DNA from: the human T2T-CHM13v2.0 reference genome, Homo sapiens
DNA length: 64,000 bases
NCBI RefSeq assembly: GCF_009914755.1
Contig: NC_060931.1
Direction: 5' to 3' (one strand)
Shown here: positions 58,297 through 64,000 of the stretch, piece after piece
How the letters are laid out: each line of letters begins with the position of its first letter
Numbering within the stretch: the first letter of the stretch is position 1
The notes under the pieces: model-generated
The model's input: the letters and a program-made list of their open reading frames with translations, nothing else
The model's database searches: none
What the model was told of the DNA's origin: nothing
Position numbers and translations under genes: made by a program

Positions 58297-59404
58297 CTAT
58301 TGGAGAGCAGAAGTTTCTGGGGACCTCATATCACAACCTGTACCTCATCCTGGTCTACAGATATCTTGTGCAAGAGTGCTGCACTAAGCTTCATCCAAGT
58401 GAAACCTTTACCTGATCACTGGAACAGGGCACGTCAGTTGACTACAGTAAGTGATCGAGTGAAGACCAAGTTTAGCTGATAATTGGGGAAACTTAGAAAA
58501 ATCATGTCCAGATAATTTTGAAGAAGCATGATAAAATCCATGCCCCAGTTCAAACTTTGGGAACATACTCTGGCTTCCAGAAATTTTCTGGGTTTCAATA
58601 TGTAGTCATCTGACTTATGAGGACTATTCCACATTTTAGTGTTTCACTTATTTCCTGGTCCACTTGCAAGGAGATGAGTCCATGTGTCTAATTCTGGCCA
58701 ATGGACTTTGATGCTGAAGTGCCAAGCGGGGTTTCCCAGGCTCTCTTCCTTGTTCATGAGGCTAGAGGTCAAGGGCTAAAAAATGGTGGTCACAGGATAG
58801 AAGGAGCTCTAGTTCCTGAATTTGCCACTTGGAAGCTGCATAGCTATAATTTCACCCATTAATCTTAACTGAGGAAGAAACGTGTTCCCTGCTTAATCCA
58901 TGCAGTAATTTTTTAATAGTAATTGGTGTCTCTTGACTAATATAATATTTCTTCTTTTGAGATTGTGAAACATGTCATTTTCAATTAAGCAAATACCATT
59001 GAGGCAAAAAATTAATTTAAAAAGTTGATTATAAGCTGACTTATGAATATTGATCACCTGAGTTTTATTTGAGGGCACCCAAATTCTCTTCTTTATCCTT
59101 TAAATGATTTTGAGAGAATTTTATTAATCTACGGAAATAATGTTGTTTGCATTTACTTTATAAGCTATTTTTCTTATGGTTAGGTTAAAAACTTTATTTA
59201 ATTGTAACCAAGGAACATAATTTTTTTAAAAGAGCAAAAACCTGACTAATCAATAAACTGTGTGAGAATAATATTGAATTATGCAAAGAAAGAATTGAAG
59301 GAAAAGTTGCGTTTTCTATATTGGAAGCAAGAGAGAAGAGTAATACGAGCTCTTCTGATAACATTGAAAATTAAAATTACAGTAAAGGAAAGAGCCTTTT
59401 ACAT

Positions 59405-59580
59405 CTGGGTTGCTTTCCAGGTCAGCAAGTTAATTCTGTGTTACTTGCATTGGTGATTTAACCTCTCAAAATTTCAGTTCAAAATCAGTTAAACAGTAGT
59501 CTAAATACCTCTCACAATCAAATATGATAGAATGTAAAACAGCTCAGTACACCATAGGCATTCAGTAAATATTGATTTCT
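59405..59580 (+). mobile_element. MIR
   Basis: tttaacctctcaaaatttcagtt...gtaaaacagctcagtacaccataggcattcagtaaatatt. Confidence 0.6.
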
Positions 59581-59859
59581 TTTTCTTTTCTTGTCCTTTC
59601 CTTGATACAAATTTTCATCATAAAATAGACAAATAAGCAAAACCCATTAAGTAACAGAGTTATAACAGGCTATAAAAATAATAAATGTTTGGAGGCAGTT
59701 TTAACAAAATTAATCCATTGGGTAATAAAGTTATAATCACACACAGCTTTTGCAACCATAAGGCCTATGATCTACTAGAGATAAAAGTATTAGCAAAGTA
59801 ATTACAAGTGAGTGCATGAGAAAAATTCAAGGAGCAATAAAAATCAAATAAGGAAAATT

Positions 59860-60150
59860 TTAAGCAACCTAGGGATTTGCACTAGTGTTCTTAAATAAGT
59901 AATACTGAAACTGAAGACTGAAGAATATGCAGACAAAAGCAAACTATAATTAAACCCCAGGATGTGCAAAGGCTCAGTTGAGAGAATGGTGAATTTGAAA
60001 AGCTGAAAGTTAAGTTTGTCTGGGATGAAAGGTGAGAAAGGAGGAATAATTGTAAGTAAGTGTGGTACAGTACGTGAGGCAAGCTCGGGGCAGGTGGTAG
60101 CAGCCATGTGAGGGAATTTGCCATGTGCAGTAAAAGCAATGGGAAGATGC
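59860..60150 (-). mobile_element. L2 fragment
   Basis: gatgtgcaaaggctcag...gaatttgaaaagctgaaag...gcaatgggaag. Confidence 0.55.
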
Positions 60151-60159
60151 GTAGATGCA

Positions 60160-60820
60160 TGCATGGCACTGATTCTTTACGTTCCTGTGTCCATGCCCTT
60201 TGCCATATGACTTCATAGTGGCCACTCTCTCTATCCCTGGGACCAGCCATAGCACATAAAACAACCTGGGAAAAAACTCAGGCCACTCCTGCAGACAGAT
60301 AAGCAGACAGGGTCCAACACAGAAGCTCTTTGTTCTTTGTGTAATAACAAGCTCCCATAAAAAAGTTTCCTTCGCTTTTCAGGCATATACTTGCTTTGGA
60401 CAATAGACTGAAATGAAAACAAAAAAAAAAAAAACAGTACCAGTTTCTGAATATAGGCCTCAACACGTCTTACAAGCTTCTTATACTCTTGTACCTCTGT
60501 CAAAACTGTGAGAGAGATGAACCTTCTGGTGACAGGAGGTGATGAAAATCACTGGGAATAGATTTTTTCTAGCTAAGCATCCCAGCTGAGCAACCTTAGA
60601 CAAATTCCACCTAGAGAAGATCACAAGACATCCACTGATGCATAAAGTGAACCAGCTGATCGGACTATACATGAGCAAAAGTAGCCTTTTCCGCATATGC
60701 CATCCAGCCAAGCCCTGCCTATATCAGCTAAATACTACAGATGTATGAAAAACACAATTCTACCCCCTCTAGGATAATGAAGGTTTGAGAGTTTCGGCAT
60801 GCAGTGATAGAAAACACTGA
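60160..60820 (+). mobile_element. MLT1G/H-like LTR carrying a foreign 135-bp insert
   Basis: cctgtgtccatgccctttgccatatgactt ... ttgctttggacaataga ... catcccagctgag ... gcagtgatagaaaac. Confidence 0.6.
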
Positions 60821-60896
60821 GGGCTTTGAATCCAGACAGATACAAACATTTTTCACTTTTACAATATAATTTTTGATACAATAATGCAAATAAAAC

Positions 60897-61237
60897 AGAA
60901 GAAAAAAGAAAGAAAGAAAGAAGGAAAGAAAGAAAGGAAGAAAGGAAGAGAGAGGAAGGAAGGAAGGAAAGGGAGGGAGGGAAACAAAGAAAGAAAGAAA
61001 AAGAGAAAGGGAGGGAGGGAGGAAGAAAGGAAGGAAGCAAGGAGAGGAAGGGAGGGAGGGAGGGAAAGAGAAGGAGAAAGAAAGAGAAAGAAAGAGAGAA
61101 AGAAGGAAGGAAGGAAGGAGAGAGGAAGGGGGAAGAAAAAGGAAGAAAAAGCAAAAGAAAAGAAGGAAGGAAGGAGACAGGAAGAGGGGAAGAAAAAGAA
61201 AGAAAAAGCAAAATAAAATAAAAGAAAAGATAAGAAA
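60897..61237. repeat. About 340-bp polypurine (GAAA/GGAA/GGGA) low-complexity tract
   Basis: Directly visible; explains the F/L/S/P-rich and K/E/R/G-rich ORFs at 60728-61339. Confidence 0.95.
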
Positions 61238-61909
61238 GTAAGTCACCAGTCTGAGGTTTAGAATAAAATGGGGGTGACTGGGGACAAATGCATAGAGAGG
61301 CATCGATTTGGAAGATATTTGAGGCATAGGAAGAATCAATAGATTGGTATATTTTGTGTATGCTACATTGACATTCAGCGATGAAACATATGCTTCTGGC
61401 TTGTATGTTTTACTAAAACAAAGATACTAAAGGAGTTAAAGGTTGTAATAGCAGAAATAATATAATTATAGATGGTTCTCAAAAATAAGAATAAATTAAA
61501 TTATCTTGGGAGAGTTGCCATCATACTGATTTTAGAATTGTGACCCAAAATATATATTTGAAAGTTACTCACAATAAAAGGGGAAGACATAAAAATATAT
61601 TTTGAGTTGTGGGTAAAGCTTGAGTCAAGTGATACAATTTTTAAAATATAATACCAAGCAATTGATTATGGTATATCTTGATCAAAGGTGATGTGTTTTC
61701 AGAATTATCTCAGATAAGTATGTTCATGGTGAGAGGGAGGAGTCCCTTGTAGATATGTCAACTATCTAAAGAGTTTAATATGTGTTTTTCTGGTTAGTGC
61801 AGAAATATCCTGGACATATGATAGGGTTACATCTCTTTTAAATAAGCAAACATAACATGGATAGATTTGGACACAGTTTAGCAGTCTGGGATGATGAATC
61901 TGCCTCCTT

Positions 61910-62130
61910 TAGAACAACGCTTTTCCATATCAGCATTACTGATATATTAGGTTGGATAATGCTTCATTGGGGAATGGGAATAGTCTTTGCATAATAAGAT
62001 GTTTAACAGCATCCCTGGCCTGCGCTCACTAGATGCAAGTAGCATCTCCCAGTTGTGACAACCAGAAATGTCTCCCTACACTGCTGTAACCCTGTGGGGT
62101 AACACTGCATTGAATTGAGAAACACTGCTA
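61910..62130. mobile_element. MER20 (hAT) DNA transposon fossil
   Basis: gatgtttaacagcatccctggcc...actagatgcaagtagcatctcccagttgtgacaacc...aatgtctcc. Confidence 0.8.
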
Positions 62131-62969
62131 AGGGTAGGTGATTTTTTAAGCTTGGAAAGCTAAATAATTAGGTATAGATTTTGCAATGTATATCAAAGCC
62201 ATGATACTAATATCACTGTATATTGTTTGTTTGGTTAGTAAATGTTCATTTTTTTTCAAGAATCTTAATACAAGGTAACTTTCTGGAGGTAATGAAAATG
62301 TCCTATATTTTATGTAGGTTGTATATTACATTTGTCAAAAACTTTCTACGGAAATAGGCCCTTTTGATCTGTGCATTTTAATGTAAGTAATTATGCTTAA
62401 ATTTTTTTTTTAAAAAAACAAGATTTTCTTAAAGTTTAAGGGAAATGTAGAAGTTAGGCTTTCATTTTAAGCAGCAAAGCAAAAGACAATTTCCTTAAGT
62501 GCATTATTGTACTGTGGTTTGACATAATGTCATTTACTGTATTTCTAAATTTAGTATATTGTATTTACAAAAGTTGTTTAAATGCTTTTGAAGATCACTT
62601 TTTGTTAAGCATGTAAATTCTCCCTGTAAGACATGTGAAAACACAAAGAATATAAAAATTCATATAGTTCAATACATTAAAAGAAATTTAATTAACTTGG
62701 TTTTACAAGGGTTTAAAGGGAATTTAATCTGTTCAACCTAGGTTAATTGAACCTTACTGCAACCACAAGCAAAGGTGCTATTTTTTTCTTTATTCCTCAG
62801 ATGAAAACAATGTATAATGAATTTCAAAAGTTGAACTTTAAGGCTAGAGGAGCCCATATTTTTAAATTTTTAACTTTAATAAATTGAAAATTAATGTCAA
62901 ATACCATAATTCTAAATAATCCTTTCTTTTTACCTGAAAAGTTTGTCAAGGACGAAACCACAAGAAACT

Positions 62970-63230
62970 CTGAAATAAAAGAGGCAAAGAACATTCAGGG
63001 AGACTGAACAGAAGATGCCAAAAACGTGGTAAGAAAACCCTGAGAAGAGTAGCAGAACCCATAGAGAAGAAGTGTTTGGAAGAGGTGGTGGTGGTGAACA
63101 ACTTTTAATGGGAATGATCCAAGAAAAGAGAGAGGAAGAAAGAGGTCAGTTGAGTCTTAACATGGTGCCATGGCTATAGTAATTCTAGTGAAGCATATTC
63201 CAAATGAGAAAATAAGTACTTTCACAGACA
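62970..63230 (-). mobile_element. L2 fragment
   Basis: ggagactgaacagaagatgcc...agaagaagtgtttggaagagg. Confidence 0.5.
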
Positions 63231-63444
63231 GAGTAAATAAGTTTCCATACTATTTATAGACATTTTCTACCTATCTGTCTAATTCATGAATGTACTGTGA
63301 GTTTTTATGTGCATATTTATGTATACATTTACGTAACTCTCAGCTATCTTCTATCTAGTGTGAATGTGAATTACCAAAAATAAATATAAATATGGAGGAA
63401 AAAATCAAGCCTCTTCAGTTGCCTATCTCACCGAAGTAGTTCTC

Positions 63445-63640
63445 AAAGCTTTTGGTTAGAATAACTTGTATCAAATTCAGGCCTCACATATGAATGACTG
63501 TGTGAAAAGCTGAGCACATTATTTAAACTCTTCGCAGCCTAATTTCTCGAATCATTCAATGGAGCTAACTCGCGATGACTTGAAGATTGAGTGAGAGAAT
63601 TCATGTAAAACGTTCAGGGTAGGACGTTCAGTGTTCTCCA
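63445..63640 (+). mobile_element. MIR
   Basis: atttaaactcttcgcagcctaatttctc...gaagattgagtgagagaattcatgtaaaacg. Confidence 0.65.
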
Positions 63641-63894
63641 CCTGTGCGGCACAATCACCCAAGAACCTAAAATGTAGAATCAAAGGCCCACTCCCGACTT
63701 CGATTTTCAGTTGGTCTCAGGGGAGACCCAGGCATATATTTCATGTTTTTTGTTTCTGTTTTTAAATTTTCTCCAGATATTTATTATGCAGTTAGTAGAG
63801 AAATCTTAATGGGAAAACTAGTACATAGTTCATTTTCAATAAGTGGCAGCTATTATCACTGTCATCACGATCATCAACTATAATAAATGGTTTC

Positions 63895-64000
63895 GGCTGG
63901 GCACGATGGATCACGCCTGTAATCCCAGCACTTTGGGAGGCCGAGGCGGATGGATCACGAGGTCAGGAGATCGAGACCATCCTGGCTAACATGGTGAAAC
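63895..64000 (+). mobile_element. AluY, cut by the window end
   Basis: ggatcacgaggtcaggagatcgagaccatcctggctaac. Confidence 0.93.

Noticed and set aside
60728-61339. 203-aa hydrophobic membrane-protein-like ORF
   Set aside because: Translation of the polypyrimidine strand of the GA-rich repeat

Overview
Primate (human-like) nuclear DNA, AT-rich and dominated by interspersed repeats; it reads as intergenic or deep intronic sequence. I find no host protein-coding exon, rRNA, tRNA, snRNA or CRISPR array. The ORF track is explained by Alu, L1, ERV, LTR and low-complexity sequence. Main elements: about 16 Alu/FLAM copies, many with visible target-site duplications (TSDs); a solo LTR12C (ERV9); a near full-length L1PB (41149-47780, minus); the 3' half of a HERV-L provirus with its MLT2A LTR (about 34650-38653); an older ERVL-like internal segment with an LTR16-like end; and many MaLR, MLT2 and ERV1 solo LTRs plus L2, MIR and DNA-transposon fossils. 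I cannot support a new multi-gene system here. The best leads are a perfect 20/20 p53 response element in an ERV1 (MER61-like) solo LTR (30041-30060), a near-consensus REST/RE1 site in unique DNA (2273-2293), a 135-bp inverted copy of a neighbouring LTR segment inserted 2 kb away (60256-60390), a twin-primed old L1MA with TSDs, and a tandem duplication spanning an LTR insertion junction. Repeat subfamily names come from recalled consensus sequences and need RepeatMasker/Dfam confirmation.
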